Source of the DNA: Camelus ferus
Taxonomy: Eukaryota
Direction of reading: 5' to 3'
Assembly: GCF_009834535.1 (NCBI RefSeq)
Contig: NC_045696.1
Coordinates: forward strand, 19,656,001 to 19,720,000
Length of the DNA stretch: 64,000 nucleotides
Shown: piece after piece, positions 51,041-64,000 of the stretch
Position numbering within the stretch: the stretch's first letter is position 1
How the letters are laid out: each line of letters begins with the position of its first letter
Position numbers and translations under genes: made by a program
The notes under the pieces: generated by a model
What the model saw: only the letters and a program-made list of their open reading frames with translations
What the model was told of the DNA's origin: nothing
Databases searched by the model: none

Positions 51041-54000
51041 TTGCTGGGCAGTTATCCTAAAAAGGGTGTGTGGCCATCACAGTCACCAGCACATTCATAA
51101 AATGTATTTTTTAAATTATTTTTATCATTGCAATGTACAAAGCAATACTGTTTGATAAGGTTTAGATGAATCTGAGTACATTAATTATTGTAAATTACAT
51201 ATTTCTGCATCTATATTGCATGTTACACTTCTACTAAATAAACCTTGTAAGATGAGAACGGAATGGGTTTTTACTTGCATAAGATGCTGAGATTACATGT
51301 GACAAGTGGTAACTCGGTAAAGCAATATATTCAACTATGACCTATTTACAGAAGAAACTATATAGTGCATCCCATAAAAAACTATATGAAATGAGAAATC
51401 AAATCAAAAGCATTTTCCTTCTATCAACAATTCCCTACTTCATTAAAATTCAACACTAGGGAATATCTAAGAAAACATGCAAAACTGAGTTTGCATCTTT
51501 ATAAAATATAACTCAATCTTTTTTTTCCCTAGTGTGGAAATGTACAGTTGTATCAGTGACTTGGGTTTGAGATTATAGCTTGTTTTGAACAAAACTGAAG
51601 CTGAAATACCCATGAACAGAGGAGGACATGTAAAAGAAAAATGTTACTGTCACATACTTCTTTTAAAGTATTGCAGAAGATCACAACATTCTTTTAAAAC
51701 ACACACGTGCATACACCCACCACACCCTTCTAAGAAAGATAACATTGATAGCTTTATAATAAAAAGATGTTCCTGAAATATGCACAGCTTTGCTAAGTTT
51801 GAGAATTGAGACATGTATGAATTTTTCTACATGACCTTTTTGTTTCCTAGGATAAAGCTCCCTATTTTATGTTACTCTGTTTGTGATGCTGTTTTTGAGT
51901 GTTTTACACAAACCACAATAAATGTTCATCTTTTGTGAGACAAGTAAAGAATTAATGAGTAAATGAACGAGCAAAAATGCATCTTTAAGCATTCAACATC
52001 TACAAGATTTTCAACATAGCAAGCAATTAACTGACATTCATTCAATAAATAAATTGTATTTATTCACAGTCAAGGGGAGGCAAATCTATTTCACTTCCCT
52101 TTCTATGATTTCATCCTACAAACTCTTTTGAAAAATTAAATGTGGCAAGAGTGACACTGTGAGACTTTGAGATATGAGTCTTAAGAGATGCACAGATTTC
52201 ATCATCACCCATTGGCGTATTCTTTGTTAGAACATAACCATCATACTGTGAGGAAGCCCAATTAGCAACGAGAAGCCAGTGTGGAGAATAAATAATGTCC
52301 CTGCCCAAAATGCCACCTGATCCTCTACTAAGAGTCAGGCATTTACGTGGGCTATTTTGGACCTTGTAGGTATCCCAATGCCCCATTTGACACTGAAAGA
52401 GAAGCATCCCCAATCAACCAAAAGAATTATGAGGAATAATAAATTGTTCTTCTTATTAGTTATGAAGTTTGGTCTTCTTTAAATACACAACTAGATAACT
52501 GAAACAACAGGTGAGTGGTCCCTCTGTGGGAGATACTGTACCTCTTTGGGAAGAGGTCTGACACTGAAGTTCGCACACATGTGCATACGTTAGTCCAGAA
52601 TGTCAGACACCTGCATAAGCAAAACTGACTGTAAAGTATTACATACTCATCACGAAAATGACTCGTATAATAACCACAGTTATTTATTTCTAGAGTGAAG
52701 TAAATACGCTTTCTGGTTTTAACAAAATAGTCCAGATACACCATGATAAGCTGAAACTATAAGGATGGCTTTTTGACAAATGTCACACATAAAAGAAGAC
52801 AAAAGCTGTTGGGATTAATTATAGTTCACACCCATAGCATGTTGGGAGAATGTCATTTCTGAATTGACTGAAGTTTCTTTGAAACTAGTATCTTCATACT
52901 AAAAACTTTTCTTAAGGCAAACCAGCTCTTGAGGGGAGGAAAAGGGAAATTTACATGACAAATTCAGTCAGTTTCCGGTATACCTGACTTTGCCTTGCTT
53001 TCAATTACAGTCTGAGAAATGTATCAAGTAAACTATCAGAAAACATTAATTTAACAGTGTAATCAGCAGCTAAGGTTAGCACACTTTCAAGTAGCCATGT
53101 AAAAATATCAAGTTAAAGGTGCTAATGATTGCTTCTATTTAAGACATGAAAGCTCCTAAGCTTATCAAAGGAAAAGACAATCAAACCTTACTCTGAAAAT
53201 ATTACACAGGAATTCAGAGGCAGCCCTGAAAAGCACTTATCAACGTACAAGAGAGTGCCTCAGCATGGAGCAATGAGGGACTACCTCTCAATCTGCTCTC
53301 ACCAGTTCTAAGACAACTAGTAAACAAGTCCGAGGGTACCACTACCTTGGTGACAAATTCTCAACCTGCTCTATGCAAATATTTGACATCGATCTTCAAT
53401 CAACATGTCTGGTCTTTTCATGCCTCAGCTCCAAGCGTAAGAGGGCCATTTCATAGACTGAAAGCCTTTCAAAATTTCAGCCTTTTAAAATTTAAAATAT
53501 TAAAACTATATTATTTGAAACAATGTGATTATAATACTATTCGTTTTAAGTGATGTCTACCACTGTCAAAGAATTATATAAAACCAGATTGAGAGTTTAA
53601 ACCGAGTAATTACATGATATAATGCAGAGGAAGGTAGATTATAAATCATAACACACTTTAAAAATACACATTTGAAAATCTTAGACTATGATGTTGCCAA
53701 ACATGTCAATTCATCTTTTTAAGCCCCAGAGATTGTCTTAAAATATGTACTCTCCATATAATATTCTATTGTGTTGAAGTTCTGTCATGGATGTCTGTCT
53801 CTCTGACAAAAAAATCAGAAAATTAAAAGTTTTGCTAAACTTGCTAAACCTATAAAACATATAAACTTACATAAGAATTGAAATTGTATAGGGAATAATG
53901 GAGCAATCAGAAATTAACTGAATAAATATAATCTTTAAATTAAATCTTTAAATTAAAATGAAAACAGTGTTTACTATATTTGATATTTGATAAACTGAAC

Positions 54001-54529
54001 TAGATCCCCACACACCCTCCCTCCTCAGCCCTGTCTCTCACTTTCTTTAAAAAAAAAAAAAGGCACTAAACAAATTCAGGTTTATAACTGTTGAAATGAA
54101 AATAAAGATGGAATAATTTATCCAGACTAGTTGCTTTGGCAAGAAAAACTTTTTGTGAATCATTTATCATCATAAGAAGAAAGCAGCAATAATAAGCCTT
54201 TTAATATGTAATTTATTTGCTAATATCCTTATGTTCAAATTAATAAGATACAAAAGACTGATTTTCAATTTAAATTATTAATTTCAAAACAATGACATTA
54301 AAAATGTTAGAGCTCAATTCCTAATCTACCAAAATAAAATAGAAATACATACAAAATATTTTCCCAAAATATATGCCAGGCATTATCAAGCAAAATCCCT
54401 CTTTTGAAATTACAAACTTACCTATCAGTAATATTATCCCATAGCAAAAGCAGTGATGGTCAATATGACAAGGGAGATGAAGTACATACAGTTCACTTCA
54501 TTGAGGGGAAAAATGTCCCGGGCATTGTT

Positions 54530-54640
54530 GGGAGGGAGGGAGGAAGGGAAGGAGAGAGGAAGGGTGGGCAAAAGAGAGAGAAAGAAACAGAGAAAGAAAA
54601 AGAGAAAAAGAAAGAGAGAAAAAGGAAGAAAAAGAAAGGA
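54530..54640. repeat. GA-rich low-complexity tract
   Basis: Directly visible purine tract. Confidence 0.85.
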
Positions 54641-55778
54641 ATATGTTATGCTAATATATGTTATACAGAAAAGTTCTTCATAAAACAGGAATGTATGATT
54701 TCCTTTCACTTTATTGGCTTTAAAATATATGTAATATGTATGACAGATAACTTACATAAAATAATATGAAATAAAAGCAGCTCTGTAATTCACTTAAGTA
54801 TTACTGTCATTATTGTTATTTGTTGCTAATGTGAAATGGTAAGCACTACCAAGGTATTCAGTAATACCAGTTAATAAATATTTTTAAAACTATCTATGAC
54901 AACCCTGTGAAGGAAATAATAATTGTAAGTTTTAGGATATTCTATAAAGTTATTCCAAAACATCATCGATAAATACTGATTTTTAAGTCAGAGATACATG
55001 ATAGATGAAATGTTTAAGCAAACATGTCACTGATATTTAGAAAGTAGTTACAGAAACACAAAGGAAAAAATAAATTGGGCTTGATGCTTAACAAAGCTAG
55101 ATTTCTTCAAAAAAAGAAAAGAACAAGAAAGTTGTTTGGGAGGTAATTTCATAGGTCCTATAATATGTATTGCATTCTCTCTCTATGTGGTTGGCATTGT
55201 CTTTTTGGAATGCATTACTGTTGTAACTGGAATTATTCTATGAAAAAAGGCATTGACACAATACAGATTAGATATCTCTATTTAGATGCACTTTTTGGTT
55301 GTAATAGATAATGATGCTGGGAAGATTTTAATTTCCAGGGCTTGTTATGGTTTGTTTGTTTGTTTGTTTGTTTGCTTTATTGTTCCATCAACAAACAGCT
55401 CTATTATCCTGAGCTGTAAATAAATAGTACAGCAATTATCTAGTACAGATAAATGTTGATTATGTAAAGAAAAATATATCATGGTAGCCTGCCTGTTTTA
55501 ACAAAACCATACATGGTTTACTATAATTTCATGATTTTATGAACCCTAGAAACTAGATTATATAACACTTTCATTTAACAATGAATGTATCACAAAGTTC
55601 ATAAATATATATTTAATATATAAAATTTCAAACAATCCTTGTGGAAAGTGAAATTCTGAAAAAAATACGTTTGAAAATATTTTTTAATTAAAAAAAATTA
55701 AACAGAAGTGTTGCAAATATGTTATTTTCCTCCTCTAAACATGTTTGCTTATATTTTGATCATTTAAAATTTTTCTAT

Positions 55779-56153
55779 TGTTAAAAAAAAGACAACAGTC
55801 CCCAAATTGAGTCACTTATGCTATGTCCTATTGTTACCAAAGACTTAACTGCAATTGTGGCTCTCCCAGAAATGGACTCAAATGAGGGATCACCTGGCCA
55901 ACACTAGTTACGTTATTGGCCTGAGAGACTCCTTCTATCCTCGAAGCTAACCTTGCAAGAATAAATGCACTTTTTTTGTTTAGTATAACTAACTTCCTTG
56001 TTCGTGCTGTTTTCTGCCTATAAAAGTCTTTCACTTTGTACAGCTCCTCAGAGCTCCTCTCTATCTGCTAGACTGGATGCTGCCCAATTCAAATAGAATT
56101 TTGCTCAAATAAACTATTAAAATTGTTAATATGTTTCAGTTTATCTTTTCACA
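55779..56153 (+). mobile_element. ERV1-class solo LTR
   Basis: TG...CA termini, 4-bp TSD CTAT (55775-55778 and 56154-56157), TATAAAA near 56019, AATAAA near 56108. Confidence 0.85.
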
Positions 56154-57334
56154 CTATAGTACATTATCAAAATGTGTCAAGTGTCCATTTACATTTTGGT
56201 AGAAAAATTCTAGATCTGATGTTCTAAAGACCTGATTGATAATTACTTATGACTTTATTAGAAAACCAAATTAGCAAATAGATGTGAAAGACAGATGGTT
56301 GATAATGAAATTCAATTATGATTATCCATCACCATTAGAATAATATTTCAACTATATATAGATGTTTGAAATGACACTCTCATTTCTCAATATTTATGGT
56401 TACAGAACTTTCTCTGAATTATTCTGATAACTTTTAGTCAAATAAACTGGAAATGGCACTGGAGTTATCAATACAGACTTCAGACTTCTGAAGTATGATT
56501 AATTTGATCTAAGAGCTCTAGCCAAATGATTCAAAAAAAGGTAACAGAGTGATACAAATATCCCAGTTGTTTAAAATCAAATAATTCACAGGTATTATCT
56601 CTTAACTGAGAAAACTGGTCTTTTCTGAATGATTTCACAGTCACCTCAATGTTCTTTCTTTTAGAATAGCATGAACTACCTAAACATGTTGCATGTTTCT
56701 GAAATGTAAGGGAAAGTTAACTTAGATATTTCTTTCTTAAACCAAAGCTTCTACAAGCAATTAGTCTTCTAGAAGATATGGAAAAAAAGCCCAAAAGTTA
56801 AACACATAAAATGGGTTATTTTGGCTATTAAATGGAAATATTGGGCTACTTTATTCTAGGAATCAACCAAAAAATAGAAACCTACCAGAGCACACATCCA
56901 TTTGTCACTAATGGAAACTGACACTTAATTTTACTTTGCAAATTCTTTCTTCTATGACCTTCCTTCTCTGAGTAAGTGCACTTACTACCCCTAGTTAAAG
57001 TGCTGACTCATCCTTCATTCTCCTTTTCTGTTAGTCCCAACAACTAAGCCCTTAGCAGGCCTGGCACACCCTCATCACTACTTCCAAAGCAAACTTTTAC
57101 TTTCTTAATTTCTTGCCATCTTTAATGCTACCACGCTCGTTTTTCAAGTCTACCATCACCTCCCTCCACAACCTCTACACCTGGATTACTACATTTGCAT
57201 CATAACATGTCTCCCAGTTTCTATTCTTGCCTCTCCCATTTTTTCTCCCTATGTTAATTAAATACATCTATAAATACAAACCAAATGTTATTTTTCTGCT
57301 TTAAGTCATCCAATGGCTTTTGAAATGGGGAAAA

Positions 57335-57478
57335 AAGGGAAGGGAAAGGAAAGGAAAGGAAAGGAAGGGAAAGGAAAGAAAGGAAAGGAAGGGAAAGGAA
57401 AGAAAGGAAAGGAAGGGAAAGGAAAGGAAAGGAAAGGAAAGGAAAGGAAATGAAAAGGAAAGGAAAGGAAAGGAGAGA
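57335..57478. repeat. (GGAAA)n simple repeat
   Basis: Directly visible. Confidence 0.95.
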
Positions 57479-57755
57479 AAAGAAGAGAAAAATCCCAATT
57501 CTTACTATTTCTTGCAGGGTCCTATTTAATTTTTCTATAAAACTTTTCACTATATTCCAGAAATAATTTGCCTTTACACTCCACATTGTTTTCCTTGATT
57601 TAGGGCATCATTATATATAGACTCCCAGTCTTTAGTATCTCTTTTATCAAGTTTCGGTATGACTAATTCAGATCACTCTTAATATTCAGGGCTCAGTTCA
57701 GTCTGTCTCCTCAGCTAGCCTTTCCCTGGCTGTTCTATTTAAGGATGGCCATCCT

Positions 57756-58768
57756 ACAAAAACAGACATACGGATCAATGGAACAGAATAGAGAGCCCAG
57801 AATTAAACCAACACATCTACAGTTAATTACTCTTAGACAAAGGAGGCAAGAATATACAATGGAGAAAAGACAGTCTCTTTAGCAAGTGGTGGTGGGAAAG
57901 CTGGACAACTGCAGGTAAACCGATGAAGTTAGAAAACTCCCTCACACCATACCCAAATGTAAACTCAAAATGGCTTAAAGACTTAAACACAAGACATGAC
58001 ATCATAAAACTCCTACAAGAGAACTCAGGCAAAACATTTTCTAACATAAACCATAGCAATGTTTTCTTGATCAGGCTCCCAAGACAATAGAAATAAAAGC
58101 AAAAATAAACAAATGGAACCTAATCAAACTTATAAGCTTTTGCACATCAAAGGAAGCCATAAACAAAGTGGGCCAGAAGAAGATATTTACAAAAGATGTG
58201 ACCAACAAGGGCTTAATTTCCAAAGTATACAAACAGCTCATACAACTCAATAGCAAAAGAAACAAACAATCCAATCAAAAAATGGGCAGAAGACCTAAGC
58301 AGACATTTCTCCAAAGAAGACATACAGAAGGCCAACAGGCACATGAAAAGATGCCCAGTATCACTAATTATTAGAGAAATGCAAATCAAAACTATGAGGT
58401 ATCACCTCACACTGGTCAGAATGGCGATCATTAAAAAGTACAAATAATAAATGTTAGAAATGGCGTGGAGAAAAGGGGACCCTCCTACACTGCTGTGTGG
58501 GAATGTAAATTGGTACAGCCACTATGGAAACCAGTATGGAGGGGCCTTAAAAAACTAATAAATGAGTTACCATATGATCCAGCAATCCCACTCCTGGGCA
58601 TATATACAGAAAAGATGAAAACTCTAATTCAAAAAGATACACGCACCCCAATGTTCATAGCAGCACTATTTACAATAGTCAAGACATGGAAGCAACCTAA
58701 ATGTCCAATGACAAATAAATGGACAAAAAAGATGTGGTGTATATATACACACACACACATTTATATAC

Positions 58769-58816
<48 letters not shown>

Positions 58817-59305
58817 GAAATATTATTCAGCCATAAAGAAGAATGAAATAATGCCATCTGCAGCAACATGGATGAACCTAGAGATTATCATACTAAGTGA
58901 AGTAACTCAGACAGAGGAAGACAAATATCATATGATAGCACTGATATGTGGAATCTAAAAAATGAGACAAATGAACATATCTACAAAACAGAGATCAACT
59001 CACAGACATAGAAAATAAACTATGGTTACCAAAAGGGAAAGGGAGTAAGGGAGGGATAAATGGAGAATTTGGGATTAATTAGTATCACATTACTATACAT
59101 AAAATAGATAAATCACAAGGACCTACTGTATAGCATAGGGAGTTATATTTAATGTACTGTAATAACCTATAATGGAAAAGAATCTGAAAAAGATATATAA
59201 ATATATATATGAATATATATGATATATATTTATAACTGAATCACGTTGCTGTACATCTGAAACATTGTAAATCAACTCTACTTCAATTTAACAAAAAAGG
59301 AAAAT
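57756..59305 (+). mobile_element. 5'-truncated L1 (ORF2 C-terminus, 3'UTR, A-tail) inserted in an L2
   Basis: ORF-track 58465-58815 gives [14 protein letters not shown]...MFIAALFTI..W..PKCP (L1 ORF2p C-terminus); internal (TA)n ~58772-58813; degenerate TSD aaggatggccatcct/aaaaatggcgttcct. Confidence 0.95.
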
Positions 59306-59653
59306 AAAAATGGCGTTCCTTTCTTTTGCATTACTGTTTTATTTATTTCATAACATCTTTCTTTGCTTATAATTATTGTATTGATTTATTTTGTTTAATA
59401 TCTGTCTCCTAGCTAAACCGTTCTCTCCCTAAATGCAGTGATCTATTTTTCACTGCCAAGCATCTTGCAGAATCACTTACATCCAGGAGGCACTTAATAA
59501 ATTTTTGAATAAATGGAATTAAAAAAAAGAAATTCATGCTTGCTGCCTTCCAGAACTATGGAGTCTTGTAGGAGGTTCATTATCCCTCAGACAGTACTGG
59601 TGATGTGACAGAAATGATGACCATCCTTGTCTGCCCCTAGATTGTCTCAGTAT

Positions 59654-59838
59654 ACAGTTGCCAGATTAGATATAGAAAACCCAGTTAAAGTTGACTTTTA
59701 GACAAAAATTGACTTTTTTTAAGTATAAATGTCCCAAATATTGCATGGAAGATACCTATAGTAAGAAAATATTTGTTATTTATCTGCAATTCAAATTTAG
59801 TCATTCAGTATTTTTATTTGCTAAATCTGGCAATCCTA
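59654..59838. mobile_element. hAT MER53-like element
   Basis: Inverted ends gttgccagatt...aaatctggcaa; internal tgtcccaaatattgcatgg. Confidence 0.75.
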
Positions 59839-61940
59839 TGACAGAACGTACTGTATACAAGCGGTGAATGGCTGATTCTTTAAGGAAAAGCTTTGCTGTA
59901 ACCTCTCATTTTCAAAATTCTATGTCAAGCCTAGGTCTGGTGACTTTTAAAGCCTACAGATGTGCTACTTATCAGCCACATGTATCCATAGGATCTAGGC
60001 TTGTGAAAGACGACTGTAAACAGACCTCTGCTTAATTTTCATCAGAAGTCTGGTTGATACAAATGAAATTTATGACAGATAGTTTGAAAGGTATCTGGGA
60101 TATTTCTTTATCTAAGCATACTAATTATTATTCCAAGGATTCAGAAAGACACAAGATTTAATATACCGGGATATCTGTGTCAAACTGCCTTGGCCTCTTA
60201 CAAAGGAAGTTTCATGGCGTTGCTTTTGGAGTTGTGTTCTTAATTTACTCCCAAGGGAATCTAAAGAAATAAAGCCAACTTAGCATGTTTCCTAGTAATA
60301 TTCTTCAGGTCATCCGCTGTTGAATCTCTCAGTGTTCACTAAATGAAGGTTCTTACAATGCATTACTTCTGACTTCACTGCCATCATACACATCTAACTG
60401 AATACCACCAGGCTCACTGCCATTGACAACCTTTGTAAATTGAAAGGAAAATTTTTCTATTAAAATGTCTCTAAGCAAGTTCGTGTTACTCTGATATGTT
60501 GCTACTCTGAAACAGAGTACTACCTAACTCTTCATTACACTGTCATGTTTAATTCATTGAACTTTGTCAATTCCTTTCCACTGAAGAGCAAAGAATTAGC
60601 ACCTGAGTACAGACAGTTCCCCTCTAGGATGCATTTCTGTATCAATAGTGAAATTTTCTTGCATGTTAATAAATACAAAACACAATATGTCTTCATTTTT
60701 ATAATTCATTTGTACAATTTTTGAATACCCTCTCTGCTCCAGGCATTGTGTTACATTAATTATTTACATTACTCTGCACTCTCAAATCACCATGCAAGAA
60801 AGCAAAGTGAAGATACATTTTTACGCTGTAACCATCAGTCAAGTGCACTATTATTGAGTCTCATAAATAATATTACAAGGTAAAAATCGAAGGCAGCAAG
60901 GATCAAATAGAAGTGAATTAAAGCAAATATATTTAATTTTTACTATTTATTTATTTCTTCCTTATAAAATATGCATTTGGAAAATAATCTAAGTTATGAG
61001 ATATATAGGGAAAGGGATTTTCAAATGTCTGTAAATTTTAAGAAAAATCACAGCCAATAGCATGTTTGATACAGTTAATACCTTCAGGTTTCAGTTAGAT
61101 AAATATTTTAAATGTCATATATTCATCTGCTAAAGTATTAATGAATTGCCTGCAGCTCTAGGTGAAATTGATGGTGTCATTTAGTTAAGGAGAGGAAACA
61201 CTTTACCCAGTTAAATGTTGAAATATTTTTAAAGCAATATACTTGCTTCTCCCATATAATTATGCCAAATTTTATAAATCGCAACCAACTGATCATATAT
61301 TTTTACATAACTGCAACTGAGCAGTATGCAATGGACATGGGAAGTATATACTAAGAAGAAATGGTTTTATTTGTATCTTTTTATAGAAGAATTTTCCATG
61401 CTTACAGATAAATTATTACTAGGAAAAAAAAGTTTTAAAAAATTCTTATTTAAAAATATCTCCTAAAGATTAAAATCAAGCTAGATCAAAATGACATAGA
61501 TGTATCTAAGAATAAAGGGATTTTATTATTGGGTGATTTGCAAGACATCACAAACTATTATGATAGTCTTAAATAAGAGTGTTACTGATGTCTAAAGATT
61601 TCTTTTTTTAATTTTAGCCTGAGGCTCCAGCATGTGGAAATCTGTTATTTTTTCCTCCTAATTTACCAAACTGATGACTTTGTCACTATTCCGTCAGAAA
61701 ACAATTGGAAACAAATGCAAGCTTGCTAAAAAAGTTTAAATAGGGCACTACACTAGGAAAAGGAAAAAAAAAAAAAAGACCGTCTATATATAGAGATCTA
61801 GTGAACGAAAAAAATAAATAAAGAAATAAGTGGGAAACCCACACTCTGTGTCTGCTATGCTGATTTATTAAGGTTATTGGGAAATAAAAGACATAAGTTT
61901 GATTCATTTGCTTACAGGGATTAGACTTTTTCAAAATTGT

Positions 61941-62120
61941 AGAATAGACTACACTGTATAGCACAGGGAAATATACACAAAATGTTATGATAACTCACAG
62001 AGAAAAAAATGTGACAGTGAGTGTGTATATGTCCATGAATAACTGAAAAATTGTGCTGAACACTGGAATTTGACACAACATTGTAAAATGATTATAAATC
62101 AATAAAAAATGTTAAAAAAA
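61941..62120 (+). mobile_element. Short, relatively young camelid L1 3' end
   Basis: ctgtatagcacagggaaatatacacaa...gacacaacattgtaaaatgattataaatcaataaaaaatgttaaaaaaa. Confidence 0.8.
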
Positions 62121-62499
62121 TGTAAGGAGTAGAAGTTCTTGAAACATAGTGTATAAACCTGTTAGTACATACATTAATTAGCACAATCCCATTTATTCTG
62201 TAGCTACCAAAGTAACATTCTGTTGATTCACATTGACCTTTCTGTTGCCCGCATTAGCATTCTCAGGTAAACTAGTTATCCCATGTTTTAATTCTGTCAA
62301 CTGTATTCCACAACCTTGAATTCATAGAAGATACTTCTGAGATATTCCTTGTTGTGTTTTGTGTATCTTCACCTAGTGATCTTTGCAGATGGCTACCGAC
62401 CTAGAAAATGGGAGAATGAAATATTTTCTTTAAAACTCAAGAAGTGAGTCAAGTAAAAGTCAAGAGTGATCATGACAGGCAAAAGATGAAGGTGGGAAA

Positions 62500-62760
62500 C
62501 AATATAGTAAAGTAGCTACAGGCGATATCCTGGAAGCAAGACCACTTCCTCCAAGACTAACATCTCCTATCTGTGTGACTCTGAGCAATTTACTTTACCT
62601 CTGAGTGCCTCACAATTTCCCGAATGCCAAAATGGGACAAAATGTACCCTACCAAACAGGGATATTTGAGGAAAAAACTAAATTTATTCACGTGATGTCT
62701 CTTACTACCGGTGTCCGGCATACAGAATGCTCATTACAGTTCAGTTTTTTATTACTATTA
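62500..62760 (+). mobile_element. MIR SINE
   Basis: ctgtgtgactctgagcaatttactttacctctgagtgcctca...aaaatggga...gtaccctacc. Confidence 0.7.
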
Positions 62761-63081
62761 GGCTGTTACTAATGCCTCACCATTTACTAGGCATTTGCAA
62801 TTTGAAATAAGAAAACATACTGCAGGTCTTCATCTTCCCCCAGTTTAGAACCCTTTTCAAATAGTAATAATCCTATGATCATTACTGAGTGTGGTTTCTC
62901 AGCCAATGTTTAATGCATGGTAATTAATCATACCAAAGGCTGAAACTGTCACATTATAAATGTATTACCACACCCTTATCTAATTGACCATGTAATCTAT
63001 TACAATATCAAAGATTAAAGCTGAAATATGTGTCCAAGCACCCTTATGATAAAAGGAAGGTGGTCAAAACTGATCCTGTAA

Positions 63082-64000
63082 TTTTTTTTTTAATATATAA
63101 ACTTTCTTTTAGAGCACTTTTAGGTTCACAGCAAAAATGAGTGGGAAGTACGGAGAGAGTTCTGACCCGCAAATAACCTCCCCCAACGTCAACGTCCCCC
63201 AGCAGAGCAGTATATTTGTATCAGTGAACCTACATTGACGCATTATTGTCCAAAGTCCACAGTTTACATTAGAGTTCATTCTTGGTCTTTGACAAACATA
63301 TACAATGACATGCATCCACCATCCATTATATAGAAGTTTCACTGCCCTAAAAATTCTCAGTGGTCTGCCTATTTGTCCCTCACTCCCCAACTTCTAGAAA
63401 TCCCTGATATTACTCCAGTGTCCATAGTTTTGTTTTTTTCCAAAATATTATATACTTGGAATAACTAAAATATGTAGCCTTTTCAGATTGCTTCTTTTCA
63501 CTTGGTAACAAGCATGTAAAATTTCCTCCATGTTCTTCCATGGCGCAAGAGTTCACTTACTTTCAGCACTGAAGAATAGTCCATTGTCTGGATGTATCAC
63601 AATTTACTTACCTATTCACTTACTGAAGGTCACTAGTTGCTTCTAATGTGCAGCTATGAATAAAGTTGCTATAAAAATCCATATGAAAGTTTTTGTGTGG
63701 ACATAAATTTTCAATTCAGTTGGATAAGCATCAAGGAGTGTGACTGCTGGATCATATCGTGAGGCTATGTTTAGTTTTGCAAAATACTGCCAAACTGACT
63801 TCCAAAGTGCCTGTACCTTTTTGTATCCTGCCAGTAAAAGAGAGTTCTAGTTGCTATCCATCTTCACCAGCACTTGGTGCTGTCAGCATTTTGGATTTGG
63901 GCCATTCTAATAGGTGTGTAGTAATATCTCATTATTTTAATTTGCAATTCCCTAATGATCTATGAGGTTGAATATCTTTTCATACACTTACTTTGTATCT
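63082..64000 (-). mobile_element. Old L1 (L1MC1-like) 3' part, continues past the window
   Basis: tttagagcacttttaggttcacagcaaaa...gaacctacattgac...ccaaactgacttccaaagtg...ccattctaataggtgtgtag. Confidence 0.9.

Larger units (their letters stand above)
52111..62400 (-). pseudogene. Decayed (or partly intact) multi-exon gene D (unidentified)
   Basis: Terminal exon 52392-52111 has a gcttctctttcAG acceptor, 93 open codons and AATAAA downstream (plus-strand tttatt 52059-52064). Upstream candidates: 52610-52542, 52750-52708, 53457-53241, 60049-59973, 60260-60167, 60430-60357, 62400-62238. Confidence 0.45.

Noticed and set aside
54404..54769. K/E/R-rich ORFs
   Set aside because: Artefacts of the GA-rich low-complexity tract.
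57254..57586. FLSFP/RKGKE-repeat ORFs
   Set aside because: Translations of (GGAAA)n.
57823..58958. ORF cluster as host genes
   Set aside because: Broken L1 ORF2 fragments and their antisense frames.

Overview
AT-rich, CpG-poor mammalian genomic DNA, very probably camelid (a Vic-1-type tRNA-derived SINE and cetartiodactyl-type L1 3' ends are present). It carries the usual interspersed repeats (L1, L2, MIR, MaLR/ERVL/ERV1 LTRs, hAT MERs) and microsatellites. I found no intact, recognisable protein-coding gene, RNA gene or prokaryotic system. The unique sequence between repeats contains many GC/CpG-richer segments bounded by splice signals. These chain, mostly in consistent phase, into up to five decayed multi-exon genes: A (+, <24 to ~10.9 kb, best supported), B (-, ~12.1-22.2 kb), E (+, ~28.5-31.5 kb, weak), C (+, 41.2-50.1 kb, with an LRR/LRRCT relic and a probable TM/cytoplasmic tail) and D (-, 52.1 to >62.4 kb). 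I cannot name any of them, and homology searches are needed to confirm this 'gene graveyard'. One 5'-inverted L1 also carries two clear locally templated insertions copied from 1.4 kb and 1.8 kb away, and there is a ~290-bp degenerate palindromic element. Repeat subfamily names are from memory of consensus sequences and are unverified.
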